Source: Octopus bimaculoides (Eukaryota). From it: DNA of 63,264 bases. Under the pieces are notes generated by a model. It searched no databases and was not told where the DNA came from. It saw nothing but the letters and a program-made list of their open reading frames with translations. Numbering within the stretch: the stretch's first letter is position 1; each line of letters begins with the position of its first letter. The translations under genes were made by a program, and so were the position numbers. The DNA lies in contig NC_068984.1 of NCBI RefSeq assembly GCF_001194135.2, positions 4,539,464-4,602,727 on the forward strand, written 5' to 3'. Positions 37,489 to 49,904 of the stretch are shown here, one piece after another.

Positions 37489-38984
37489 GTATGTGATATT
37501 TTTACATTTTGAAATTTCTCGCCCTATATTCTTTGACAGTCTCTAACCAGTATCCATTAATGAATTGAGAATTTTTCCACACTTCATAGCAGACAATAAT
37601 GTCAAGAAATAGACAAAAGTAATTGTAACAATATATGTGTGTGTATGTCTTTTTAAATTGCTAAAAAAAAACTCCTTCAGAATATAATTGTTTCAATTTT
37701 TCCATTTTCTCTCATATCAAGTCACTTGCTAAACAAATACAACTCTGATATATTTTGAAATTTAATGACATATAATGGTCAGTTTTCAATGATTTGATGA
37801 AAAATTCTATAGAATGGAAAACAGCACTTTCTTAGATACTTTATTCCCTGGGTTTTTATCCAGTCTTTAAATTGATGGTTGTTCTTGAGCTGACTGATAA
37901 CAAAAAGGGGAAAAAACAAATATTGCAATTAATTTTCTTTCCTGCATTAATGTAGTTTGGAATGGCATGAACATCACCATTTACATTTTTATTTTTGCTT
38001 CTGGTTATTTAATGTGATTGAAATCTATTACATTGTGAATGATAGATTCCTGTGGTGTAAAATATCTGTGATGCTGTGGAAAGAGAATTACAAAATATGT
38101 GTTTACAATAGAGAGAGAGAAAAATTCAATGTGCACACACTCATACGCAGATGGCAACTAGCTGTGTGTGTAAGAGAGAGAAAGTAGAGGAAGGGTGTGT
38201 GTATATGTGCACCTGCCATTAGTGTTTATATTTGTGTGAGTATATTGTGTATCTATGCAAATAAATACAAAGATTTTCCAACTTTCTTTTATGTTCGTAA
38301 ATTTATTCCAAAATTTCTTCATAAAATATGTATAATACGGTGGTGCATCAGCATGGCCGCAGCTCTGAGCTGAAACTTTGAAAAAAAAAAAAAAAAAAAT
38401 AGTATTTGCTGGATACAGTTGTTATCAACTATACGATATCAAGTAGTTCTTGAATTATTTTATTAGCGAAATAGAGTTTGATGTGTTACAGCAGACAATG
38501 ATCAGAGAGCATGACAGCAAGAATTGCGTCAAGAGAAGCAGAGAAGATAAAGGGAAATATAAGAGAAAGGGTAAAGAGAAGAAATAAGAATTAGGGATAA
38601 GGGGAGGGGAATCAGGAAGGCTGGCAAGTGATAACTCAGGATGAAGGGAATGACATTAGTGCAGGAAATAGGGCCAGAAAGTGTCATATGATGAAGACAG
38701 AGTTGAAGTTAATTTGGGGGGAAAAAATGAGATTTATTAATCAAGAAAGAAAGCAAAATATGAATGATGATGATGATGATAGGCAAAAATATTTTGCAGA
38801 AGCCAGGATGAGAAAGCAGGCAAGAATAGGAAAGATGACCAAAGAAAAGGAACTAGATCTCCTAAATATTAATCAAAGGATTAAGAAAGAAGTGATAGGA
38901 TATTATTACCATGTAGGGAACATTTATGGCTGACACTGGGCTGTGGAATTTCCACTGTATCTTACAACAAATTGCAGATATTTA

Positions 38985-39457
38985 TTTCTTTATTGCTCAC
39001 AAGGGGCTAAATACAGAGGGGACAAACAAGGACAAACAAAGGGATTAAGTTGATTGCATCGACCCCAGTGCTTAACTAGTACTTATTTAATCAACCCCAA
39101 AAGGATGAAAGGCAAGGATGACATTGGTGGAATTTGAACTCAGGGAGTAAAGACGGACGAAATGCCGCTAAGCATTTTGGTTGACTTGCTAATGACTCTG
39201 CCAGCATGCCACCTTGAATGGTACACAAATATTTATTTTTTTATTGCCCACAAGGGGCTAAACATAGAGGGGACAAACAAGGGGATTAAGTCGATTACAT
39301 TGACCCCTGTGCGTAACTAGTACGTAATTTATCGACCCCAAAAGGATGAAAGGCAAAGTCGACCTCAGCGGAATTTGAACTCAGAACATAACGGCAGACG
39401 AAATACCGCTAAGCATTTCGCCCAGCGTGCTAACGATTCTGCCAGCCCACCGCCTTA
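38985..39457 (-). mobile_element. Two tandem SINE family A copies (tail variant 2)
   Basis: 38985-39215 and 39235-39457, directly upstream of the TMEM187 acceptor. Confidence 0.88.
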
Positions 39458-39708
39458 ATTGCAGATATTGTTAATGTGTGTGTGTTAAGAGGAAGTTAAG
39501 TTTGGCTGATCTTTGATATTCAGGTACATGCTTCTGTGGGACTGACAATAAAACCCAAAGAATCCAGGAAAAACAAAGATTGTCTGCTACAGTTTTCCCA
39601 GACCGAAACCAAAGATTGCTTAAGTTTTATAAATATTGAATTGGAGCTTTGATGTTTTGTTTACCATTTCCATTGTTATTTTTTTCTTTCAGACTTTCCT
39701 GAGCAACC

Positions 39709-40512
39709 ATGGTAATGTTCAAGACATTTCTACTGACTCTGCTTCCATTGCTGCTAATGTGTACCATTGTTCACATTGGATTCTTTGACAATGTTCCAAT
39801 GGAGCTTGGAAATAAATATTATGCTGAAATTCCAAGTATGTTAATCTTTGTCCCTAACTGGATGACAATGCCATTTAACACCTTGGTTAACTTTGGTTAT
39901 GCCATTGTTGGCGCCATGTGGCTGGCAATAACATCAAATTACATTGATTGCAACGTCTTTACCGAAACGCAGTCATTTCTTTTCTATATATTTAACTGGA
40001 TGGCACTGTTTTATTCTCCCATACAGTTACTAAGAATTCTCACTCAGATACATGCTTTTGCTGTTTTGGATCAGTGGGTGACCCTTCCATTCTTCATGTG
40101 GGTTGTTGTTGAAGGAATTACCATTCTATATGGCTGGAATTGGTCAAAGGCTCTCTGTCTTTGTACACTTTCCATTTTGAGTTACTTCTTAGTTCTTCTA
40201 CCAATTCCTGGATTTGAGATCTCTCTTATTTTGCACATTGCCGCTGCACTTCATGTTGCCAGACTTTTGTACAACAAATTTCCAAATGAAAAATCAAAGA
40301 ATTTCTTCATAAAAGCTTTCATTTCTTGTTTAGGATTTATATTTTTGAAATTGCTTGACCTCCATTTGGGGAATTTACATTTAGCTTTCAAATATCTCTC
40401 TGGCCATTTCTTGTCCAAGATCTGTGATATTCTTCAAATTCACTACGTCAATCTGTTTGTGCTAAACATAGTTCTCAGACAGAACAAAGATGCCAAAAAG
40501 AAAGCTGAATAA
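39709..40512 (+). CDS. TMEM187: Transmembrane protein 187 (single coding exon, 267 aa)
   Basis: Motifs YAEIP, MPFNTLVN, AVLDQWVTLP, GFE, SCLGFIFLKLLD and GHFLSKICDILQIH match my recollection of vertebrate TMEM187. Acceptor TTTTTCTTTCAG at 39692 and CCATGG start context. Confidence 0.93.
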   Translation: MVMFKTFLLTLLPLLLMCTIVHIGFFDNVPMELGNKYYAEIPSMLIFVPNWMTMPFNTLVNFGYAIVGAMWLAITSNYIDCNVFTETQSFLFYIFNWMALFYSPIQLLRILTQIHAFAVLDQWVTLPFFMWVVVEGITILYGWNWSKALCLCTLSILSYFLVLLPIPGFEISLILHIAAALHVARLLYNKFPNEKSKNFFIKAFISCLGFIFLKLLDLHLGNLHLAFKYLSGHFLSKICDILQIHYVNLFVLNIVLRQNKDAKKKAE

Positions 40513-41554
40513 TAAGTTTTTATTTTATTTTGCGAAACCAGTGGAAATGATTACATTAATTAAAATAATCATGATTAAGATTTCTTAATGACATATGAAA
40601 CCCAGCCCTACAACTTCAGGAGACAGTGTCCACAATGAAATGCCACACCATGGGGCATGAATCTTCTTCCAAGTTTGGTTTTTTAAACATTTGTTCATTA
40701 TTAAAACGCAATATATAAATTACACAAATGAATTTAAAATTTTGATAAAATGACTTTTTGACTATTTTCATCAATTATAATCGATGAACTAAATCTTTTA
40801 ATTAATGGACCTGATTATATCATTGGCTGTGTTTTATGATTTTCAATCATGTACCTGACATTTTCTCCCTCCATTTTTCACTTTTTTGTTGCACTACACC
40901 CCCAAACCTCGTCCTCTCTAAGAGTTTAGAGACAATTATTCATGCTGAATATCTTAGCAAATNNNNNNNNNNCCCCCCCCGATATTATTTGTACCTTTTG
41001 TTTATACCCTGCTCCCTGAAAGACAATAAAATATACATCTCGTTGAAATTATTTCTGAGAATTATTTTATAATTTCTGAAAAGATTTTGATATTTTTGTA
41101 ACCATTTAATTTAATTTATTATTTAATGTTTTAATTATCAAAATAAAAATTGTCCACTTAATATCAAATGTTATTTATTGGCGTGCAAAAGACCAGCTCA
41201 CCCAGATGGACTGCTTGGAATATTTAGTCAGCACCATGCTCATCCCTTACACTGTTGTCAATTCCAATAAAAGATATTCCAGCAATATGATGTGTTTTTC
41301 ACATTTTCTAACCGGGAAAACAATTTCATAAAAATTGAAAGTTTAATACTATATGCTCGTACACATAATTTTAAATGTAAAAAGTGTGTCATCTTCAATA
41401 GAATTTCTTAATTTGTCGAACATGTGTATTTTAGCTAACATTTTAATTGCCAGCATCAGTACCCGACACACATTTAAGATATGGTACGGGAGGGTAGAGT
41501 ATTAAGATATTCTAAATGAGGAGGGTGTTTGATGTGGAAGGAGAAGTAGCTAAA

Positions 41555-41640
41555 GGGGGTCGATAGTTGAAAAAGTTTGGTGACCCCTGCTGTAGACCAA
41601 TGGTTTTCAACCAGTGTCCATATGACCCATGGGGGTCCAT
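41555..41640. mobile_element. hAT-like MITE termini (two adjacent ends)
   Basis: AAAGTTTGGTGACCCCTG followed by TAGAC and CAATGGTTTTCAACC, resembling hAT/Charlie-type TIRs. Confidence 0.4.
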
Positions 41641-43760
41641 GTAGAGAAGAAATTCCAGGTATAGAAGCTAAACCTAGAATTCAGAACCCTCAAGGCAAAC
41701 TTAGCAAAGACTAGATGCCTTTTCAGAAAATAGTTAATGATGCAAATTTCTGTTCAGCCAATCTGCATATTAGTTGATTACCAAAATGAACCAACTTCAT
41801 TGAATTAAGCTCTAAAATATTATGAAGAAAACTGTATACATTATATTTATACATTCATGTATGGTCAATCATGGAGAGATCTTCACTGTGATAATAGTCT
41901 ACTTCAGAGTTCAGCACATCTCCTCCCAATATTGGCATTCATTGTGTACTTCTTTGGTTGTTGTTTTTATTACTTTACATTTTTGCACTCTTGGTCATGT
42001 GCTTTTTACTTTGTCAATAAAATTTACAAAACCTAGTAGAATCTTGTGGATTTGCTAATCTAGGATGTTTAATTAGCTTCACTAATTAATTGGAGGGTAT
42101 ATGCTGGACTATGAATGATGTTAACAAACTGTAGTGTGTGTTTCTGTGTCATTATGCTTTATCAACCATAGATACTGATTCTGTCTTTCACAGCCCACTA
42201 AGAACTGCCATTCTTATATTACAACAGCAATTAATAAATCTACTGGTGTGTACAAAGCTTTGTCAAGCTGGAATGAATTAAATAAAGGCACAAACCAAGC
42301 AGAAGTAAAGCAATAACAAACAATCCATGTTAATCTGATTATTTAATACAGAAAGTAAAAGATACAGCATACTCACACACACACACACATTTACACACAT
42401 ACACACACAATACTTTATTACAAGTTGATAAAAAATATTGCACAAGATATAACTGGATATCAAAAATAACAATAGACAATAGTTAAATCACTTTGGATCT
42501 TCACAGACATGAAGGCTGACTTGCAGACGTAAGATTTAATGTTTTGTAAATAGAAAATGTGAGTTTGTGTGTAAGGGGATAAGTCTTTTAGTTTTGCATC
42601 CATTTTCTTACACTTGCAATACTGCAAAGGGGGTTTGTTTTTGATTTTCTTCTTTGTTAATTAATTAATTTTTATTTTTGTTTATTTGTGGTTTTCAAAA
42701 TTTGGACAGTTGGACATTTCAATATTGTTAGTGCCAATAGATTTATAAGGTATTTTGGTTGTTCCTTATAACTACTAAAAGTGAGGCAGAGAGATTAGAG
42801 CACAACTCATTAACCCATATGGAGTGATGCCTATTGCCATAACTTCACAGCCATGTTACATTATATATACTCGTGTGTGCGTGTGTGTATATTCCAACCA
42901 ACATTGTTTGGATTCATCATGGTCAAGGTATTACCTTACCTGTTTATGCTTGTTTAAAAATCTACCTGAAGACAGTGGATTATGATGTAATCAATGAACA
43001 CATCAATTCTACCAAAACAGCTATCATAAACTTAAACCCCATTTCTGTCCTTGTTTATACTTATGCCACACCTAGAGCCAATCCTGAGTTGGATCTATGG
43101 TTTAAATTGGATTTGGTACTTACATATCTACAGTGCCCTACCAACACTTAAAACCTTCATGATTGTTTTACCTCAATGTGTGACACCTATGTTATTGTAC
43201 CTGGTCATTTCTGGTGTCCTATGTGTTGATGTATCTAGATTCTAGTGATTCTGGTAACTAATCTTTTTTCGTTCTCTCTCTCTCAATATATATATATAGA
43301 TAGATATAGATATATATATACACATACATACATATTTTTCTTCATGAAAGCATATTTTGTGATATGTGGAATGGATGCCATAGAATGGTGGCCATTTCTC
43401 AAGAAGCCAAATCTGCTGCCTATTCTCAAAACCATTTCACTTTTGTTGTTAGAATCCGTGTGAAGTTGGTCAGTCATGTTATAAATTCCTGTCTTGCCTC
43501 TTGCTATATTCTAGTGATATTATGGATATGTGAAATAAAAATATAACTTTTAAATCACCGTTTACAAAGTATAGCTCAAAGTAATTTTCCCAGGTGCTGG
43601 CACGGCTGTGGGGTTAAAAGAAGCCTGTTTTGAAACCAAGAGGCACCTTGGGTTGGTGCCGTCTACTATAGCCCTTGGTAGTGAATTTGGTTGATAGAAA
43701 CTGTGTGGAAGCCTGTCATATATATATATATATATATAAATGTGTGTGTGTGTGTATATA

Positions 43761-43846
<86 letters not shown>

Positions 43847-46715
43847 TACGTGTGTGTGTGTCTTTGTATTTGCAGCTCATCAAAAGAAATTAATAGGAAA
43901 AGTAGCAGACTTAAGAATAATTACTGGGATTCATTTGTTTGACCAAAGCTGTGAAGGTGGTGCCGAGCACAGTCACAGTCCAAGGAATTAATCAAGTAAA
44001 GAAGATACGATTTGCAACCCTTTCATTACCAGATTTCTCAAAGCCACATGTTGCAAGCCAAACATCTTTACCACACAGCCATCCTTTCATCTATGAGCAT
44101 GTGTGTTTGTGTGTGTGTGTATATATACACACATATTCATATATATGCATGTTTGTATGTATATATATATGTGGGGAGAGAATGTTAAGTAGGTTGCTAG
44201 CTGTTGCCCCTTCTCATGTCGCATGCTATTAAAAACTGGCCAAAGAAATCACAAATGGTGAACATAAATGGACCAATGTGTTGTACAACAGCAAATGGCT
44301 AATATATCATCATCATGTTTTAATGTCCATTTTTCCATGCTAGCATGGGTCGGGTGAAATTCACCAAAGCAGATTTTCTATGGTTGGATGCTTTTCTCAT
44401 CACCAACCACCACCTGTTTCCAAGTATAAATAGTAAAGGAATAGGGATTTGGAATCCAGGCAGGTACCTTATTAACACTGATATAATCCAGATCTGGCCA
44501 ACCACACCATCTTGATTACACACACACACATACATATGTGTGTGTGTGTGTGTGTATGAGTGGTTGGTGTTAGGAAGAGCATCCAGCTGTAAAAATCCTG
44601 CCAAAACAGTCACAGAAGTCTAGTGCAGGCTTTGGCCTGGCCAGATTTTGTGGTACCATCCCACCCATGCTAGCATGGAACACAGATGTTAAATGATGAT
44701 GATGATGATGTATGTATATATGTATGCATATATATACACACACACACACATATATATAAAGAGAGAAAGAGAAAGCAAAACTCTTGAATCATAAAGTTCC
44801 TATCGCCTTCACATTTTCCACCTCATTTCAAACTGATTTTTACACCATAAACAGACATTTCATCCTTTTGTTGCTGTCTTTGTTTACAGCAATTTTGAAT
44901 ATAACAAAGAACTTGATAAAATAACTAAAGCTGATGTTTAGAACATGAACTGATATGAGGTTTAGAGGAAGATTTTTTAGTTGAGATCACTTTTAAAACA
45001 AGAAGTTTGTGTCATATAACCAGGTACTGTCTCAGGTGGGTAGGAGTGAAAGAGTTAAAGATCTTATTATGTTTCAGATTCTCTATTCCAGTGTCCTCAA
45101 TATAAAATGACTTAAATTCTTCATTTCTTAGAATTGGATATCATAAATATCGGTTTCTTCCATTGCCACAAGGCCAGACACTGGTAGGGAAATGGTCAAC
45201 TGAATCTGACAGACATTCTATTTATTGACCTTGGATAGTCAAAGGACAAATTTGACCTTGATTAAATTTGAAATCGCAATGTGGCGACGTAGATCAAAAT
45301 ATTACAAAGTATTTTGTCTGTGATTCTAATATTTCTGCCATTTACAATCTTGTTTGAAGTTGCAATATTGATTCCCAACTTTGCCACAAGGTCAAAAATT
45401 GTGTGAGAGAGCACACCTGATTAAATCAACCCCAGTATTTTACTGGTACATATTTTATCACTCCCACCTGGAAAAGGCTAAAACCAAAGTCAACCTCAGA
45501 AATAGTTCAGCACCCCAGATACCACAATGCCTTTTATTCCGTGCTCAACTGATTCAGTTTGTATTAAACAATAGTAAACTGACAAAAAACAAAAAAGAGA
45601 TGGTTAAATTAATGATAACAAAACCACTGATGTTTACATTTCAACAGAAGAAAAGATAGAAGGAAGTTTTTGCTATTATTTGTTCACCATTAAACATGCT
45701 TCATTTTCAAATTACAGAATTTCATGGCCAATAAGACGCAGGAGGGCATAGGATGCAGCCTAGCCTTGGTTATATTTTTGTAAAATAAATTACCACTAAA
45801 ATAATGTTTTAGTTCCTCCACTTACCTGTATAACTTTAAGTTATTACCAGTAATTATAAGCAATTCATTGCATCCACATTCGATATAAACATACTGTAGG
45901 TGATGGTTCACCAATAGATGGCAGCACATGTTTTGTAAACATACATACTGTTTTGGGTTAGTTTTGAGCCTACATTGAGTGCATTGGACACAGGAGGGAT
46001 ATTTAAGCCATTTTTGGGTAAAAAAAAAAGGGTACATCTTATAAGCCATTAAATATGGTAATTGAAGTTACAAAATTGTACATGTAGGAGAAACATGGAA
46101 ATTCTCTATTAAAAATTCTTCAGACAGAGAACCAAATAATATTGGTATTATTTGATTCTCTGCCTGAAGAATTTTTAATAGGGGAAATAACTAACATGTT
46201 TCTCCTTCATGTACAATTTTGTAACTCCAATTAATTTGAAAATGAAACACGTTCAAATTTTCCAAACTCCTGTTTTGATATCATTACTTGGCAGAAAATA
46301 TTTTCCAGTCCTTTCAACTCTAGTGCATACTTCACACAAATATAACATCTAAATAAGGATTTGGAATACTGAAATAAGCAAATGTGCTTCAAGAGGACAT
46401 GGCTGAGATTTGAACCCCATCTACATAATATATATGTATATATATGTACAGGAGGAAAGAATAAAACATTTTTGGTATTATACAGAATAATATATTGGTA
46501 ATAATAATAAAGGTTAGTCAGAAGAAATGAAGGAATTGTGTCTCTATTGCACAAACATTCTCAAGCACTAGATGAAAAATTCTTAAATTTAATAACATAA
46601 ATATTCTGTTTTATTTCATTTCTTGGAAAATATGAAGACTTACTGTGCCTGCATATAAATAAGCTGAGGAACAGTCCCTTCATTTCTTCTGACTAACATT
46701 ATTATTATTACACAT

Positions 46716-46756
<41 letters not shown>

Positions 46757-47143
46757 ATATTTTAATACATGTTAACTCACAAAAAGATATCTAGTGACAC
46801 CGTATTTGTCCGGAATAAGAGTAACCAGTGTTAAACCCTTTAGCATTTAAACTATCCAGATCGTGCCTCTCACACCTACCCTACAATGTCATTCTAAAAA
46901 TAAACAATCACATCATCAACGTCTTAAAGCTATGAGATAATGCATAAATAATTCAAAACAGTGTGAATAAATAAGCATTACATTTCACAGAGTAATTCAA
47001 ATGCTAAAGGTTTAAACGTACTGCCATGAAGAGAGCAGTTCCAACACCAAGGAAATGTTTAAAAATAGCAGCTTGCTTCAACATGATAATGGCACCAAAC
47101 TTAAAGGACAACAAGAAATGATGAGGTCATATGTAAAGTACAC

Positions 47144-47389
47144 TCATATAAACTGTGACTGCTTATTGTAGGTGAAATCATAAATATTCTGACCTCCATT
47201 TTTATAATAAAGCATGGAATCAAATGAGGTGAGAGGGTAGGATTCCTGTTGTTTTTCAATGTCTATGTCATCATTGATAGGTGAGACTTGTGGACTTGGA
47301 CGAAGTTGTTTCATGTTATTTATCAAGTTAGCCGTCCGTGTGCTTACCCATTCTGTGAATGTTTCTTCTTTGGGGCGTTCTTCAAGAAT
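47144..47389 (-). CDS. RD3: RD3-family protein, coding exon 3 (terminal)
   Basis: Acceptor TTCTTTGTTAG, phase 0. ILEERPKEETFTEWVSTRTANL...PQVSPINDDIDIE...QFI* (QVSP..DI resembles RD3 RISPFASDI); 246 bp. Confidence 0.8.
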   Translation of the reverse strand: MLEERPKEETFTEWVSTRTANLINNMKQLRPSPQVSPINDDIDIEKQQESYPLTSFDSMLYYKNGGQNIYDFTYNKQSQFI

Positions 47390-47486
47390 CTAACAAAGAA
47401 ATAAATAAAAATTATAAACAGGTTCTTTTTCTTAAAAACTTTGGACAGTATTTATTTTAAACATTAATAAGTTAATGAATATTATT

Positions 47487-47722
47487 TGCAGCGTGGAAGA
47501 TGTTTAAAAGCCATTTAAGAACACACAAAAGAAAACGTTAAATTCACTGCAACGTTTAAATAATTTTTTAATTTGTGTCAAAATATTATCGTCACTTTGA
47601 AACCATTCCCTGTTCACTAACCAAACTTCATGCTGCATCTCTGCTGCAAATTTAAATGTTGAAGTGAATCTAACAGTTTTTTGTGTGTTCATAAACGGCT
47701 TATAAACACCTCCCACACTGCA
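47487..47722. repeat. Fold-back (imperfect ~75-bp inverted repeat, ~90-bp spacer) in RD3-like intron 2
   Basis: 47487-47561 TGCAGCGTGGAAGATGTTTAAAAGCCATTTAAGAACACACAAAA... versus the reverse complement of 47650-47722 TGCAGTGTGGGAGGTGTTTATAAGCCGTTTATGAACACACAAAA... Confidence 0.8.
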
Positions 47723-47929
47723 ATTGTTTTTGTTTCAGCACACAATCTCAGATCGAGTCACTTGCTATGCAAGTACATCTCCATAATAAATATTATTTCT
47801 TTCATATAATTTCAAGATCAGATCTGCCAATTGGAGAGTTTGCTTTCGTTAACCCTTTTGTTACCAAAGTTCTGTTGAAATACACTGTCCATGTATCAAT
47901 TAATTTTGAAAATAATGAAGAATTTATTA

Positions 47930-48192
47930 GAATAAATGTCATGCCACCCAACTTCTTCCCTCGGGGCCTCAGGTTGAACACTAATGGCTACTTCCATGTT
48001 CTAAGTGAGGTGGTGGAGCCTTGGATCAAGCAGGTAGCTGCAGGGAGGCTGTATGTGTGGAAGCAAGACTCTGCGTCCCGTCACACCAGCCAGAAGACCC
48101 AGGCCTGGGTCTTCGATCACACAGCACCTGCCCTTTGACCTCCCGACTCACCTGACTGCAATCCCCTTGACTTCTTTGTGTGGGATGTGGTA
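47930..48192 (+). mobile_element. Second maT/DD37D-type transposase relic
   Basis: VMPPNFFPRGLRLNT...VAAGRLYVWKQDSASRHTS...*PPDSPDCNPLDFFVW; homologous to 14425-14720. Confidence 0.8.
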
Positions 48193-48303
48193 GGTTTTTA
48201 TATGGTTTCTGTGCCCAAGGGTGATTCACAGTAGGATCGAACCTAAAACCATAAGATAACAAAGCAAGCTTTTTAGCCACCCAGCCATATACATGGGTCT
48301 TAC

Positions 48304-48558
48304 CTGTGTAATGCAAAGTTTGAATAAGGCTGTGACTTCAGTAAGTGGAGGTTCTTGGAGCAGACAATTACGGAATGACTTTATTATACAACTGCATTCT
48401 TCAGGTTTAACCAATTGGCACAAACTAACAAGTTGCATACGTTCAACATGAGGTATTTGATATGTACGAGTTTCATTACTAACGAGCCAGCTGTAATCAA
48501 CTCCTGTTTGTTGTCTGCGTTCTTCCTGCTCCATTTCCCAGTAATGTTGTTCCAAATC
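48304..48558 (-). CDS. RD3: RD3-family protein, coding exon 2
   Basis: Acceptor TTTATATTAACAG and donor CAG/GTAAGA, 255 bp, phase 0/0. DLEQHY...QTGVDYSWLVSNETRTYQIPHVERMQL..LC..VKPEEC..IIKSFR..LLQEP...EV..LFK contains the RD3 hallmark TGVDYSWL. Confidence 0.92.
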
Positions 48559-48601
48559 CTGTTAATATAAACACAAATATTCATTACATATACAAATACA
48601 C

Positions 48602-48639
<38 letters not shown>

Positions 48640-48644
<5 letters not shown>

Positions 48645-49460
48645 AGAGACGACTGCACTGGTATGGTCATGTGGCGAGAATGGATGAGGATAGCTGTGTG
48701 AAAAAGTGCTACTCCCTAGCAGTTGAGGGAACCTGTGGAAGAGGTAGACCTAGGAAGATCTGGGATAAGGTGGTGAAACATGGCCTTCAAACATTAGGCC
48801 TCACCAAGGCATTGACTAGTGACCAAGACCTTTGGAAATATGCTGTGCATGAAAAGATCCGGCAAGCCAAGTGAGACCATTACCTGTGGCCTATGCCAGG
48901 GGTGTAACCAGCCCACTTATGCGTACTTTTCCTTCACTGGACACTAAACTCTGCTTGCGAAGACCTGTGAAATCGAAGGCAAGTGAAATCAAAATCAAAT
49001 CAAATTCACAAATCTGATGACTGGCACCCATGCCAGTAGAGCGCTAACAGCACCATCCGACCAGGATCACTGCCAGAGCAGCTGACTGGCTTCCGTGCCT
49101 GTGGCACATAAAAAGCACCATTCAAACGTGTTCGTTACCAGCGTTGCCTTACTGGCACGTGAAAAAACAATCGAGCGAGGTCGTTGCCAGTGCTGCTGGA
49201 CTGGCTCCCATGCAGGTGACATGTAAAAAACACCACTTAAGTGTGGCCGTTGCCAGTACCGCCTGACTGATTCTCGTGCCAGTGGCATGTATAAAAGCAT
49301 CCACTACACTCTCAGAGTGGTTGGCGTTAGGAAGGGCATCCAGCTGTAGAAACTCTGCCAGATCAGATTGGAGCCTAGTGCAGCCATCTGGTTCGCCAGT
49401 CCCCAGTTAAACTGTTCAACCCATGGAAAGCAGATGATGATGATGATGATGATGATGATA
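48640..49460 (+). mobile_element. RTE LINE 3' end: ORF terminus, long 3' UTR with tandem ~55-65-nt units, (GAT)n tail
   Basis: ERRLHWYGHVARMDEDSCVKKC...GTCGRGRPRKIWDKVV...QAK*, then the UTR that accounts for the many dispersed tail copies. Confidence 0.9.
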
Positions 49461-49529
49461 TTTACAAACCATCCATCCTCCGACTAACATGGAATATAAA
49501 CATCTTATGGTAGAATAAACTTGTAACAT

Positions 49530-49712
49530 ATTGTTCTATATTTTAGAGATGAAGAATTCTGTACATTATTTACATTGGACGGATATGTGTCCTCATCTAG
49601 TTTGTTGTTATCACAACATTTTGGCTGATTTACTCTCCAGCCTTCATCAGGTGTCCTGGTAGAATTTTGAACCCAACCCTGGATTTTCATTCCTAAGGTA
49701 TTTTTTTGCTGA

Positions 49713-49746
<34 letters not shown>

Positions 49747-49831
49747 TATTCAAGACGCTGCCTGGAATTGAACTCAGAATCTTGGAATTAGTAGCCCACA
49801 CTCTTAATCATTACGCAATATGCCCGTGGGC
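49530..49831 (-). mobile_element. tRNA-headed SINE carrying a decayed Penelope-type hammerhead
   Basis: A-box-like TTGCGTAATGATTAAG, B box GAGTTCAATTCC (49775-49764), (AAT)n, the hammerhead-like core, then a TGTAAATAATG-type tail. Confidence 0.7.
49610..49656 (-). ncRNA. Type I minimal hammerhead ribozyme, probably inactivated
   Basis: CAC CUGAUGA A GGCUG(loop 10)CAGCC AAAA UGUU^GUG. The expected GAAAC reads AAAAU, i.e. two CpG-type transitions. Confidence 0.6.
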
Positions 49832-49904
49832 AAATATAGCGTGAATTTTAGGGCTTATAACAACAAACAAGATGAGAACACGTATCTGTCCAGTGTAAAT
49901 AATG

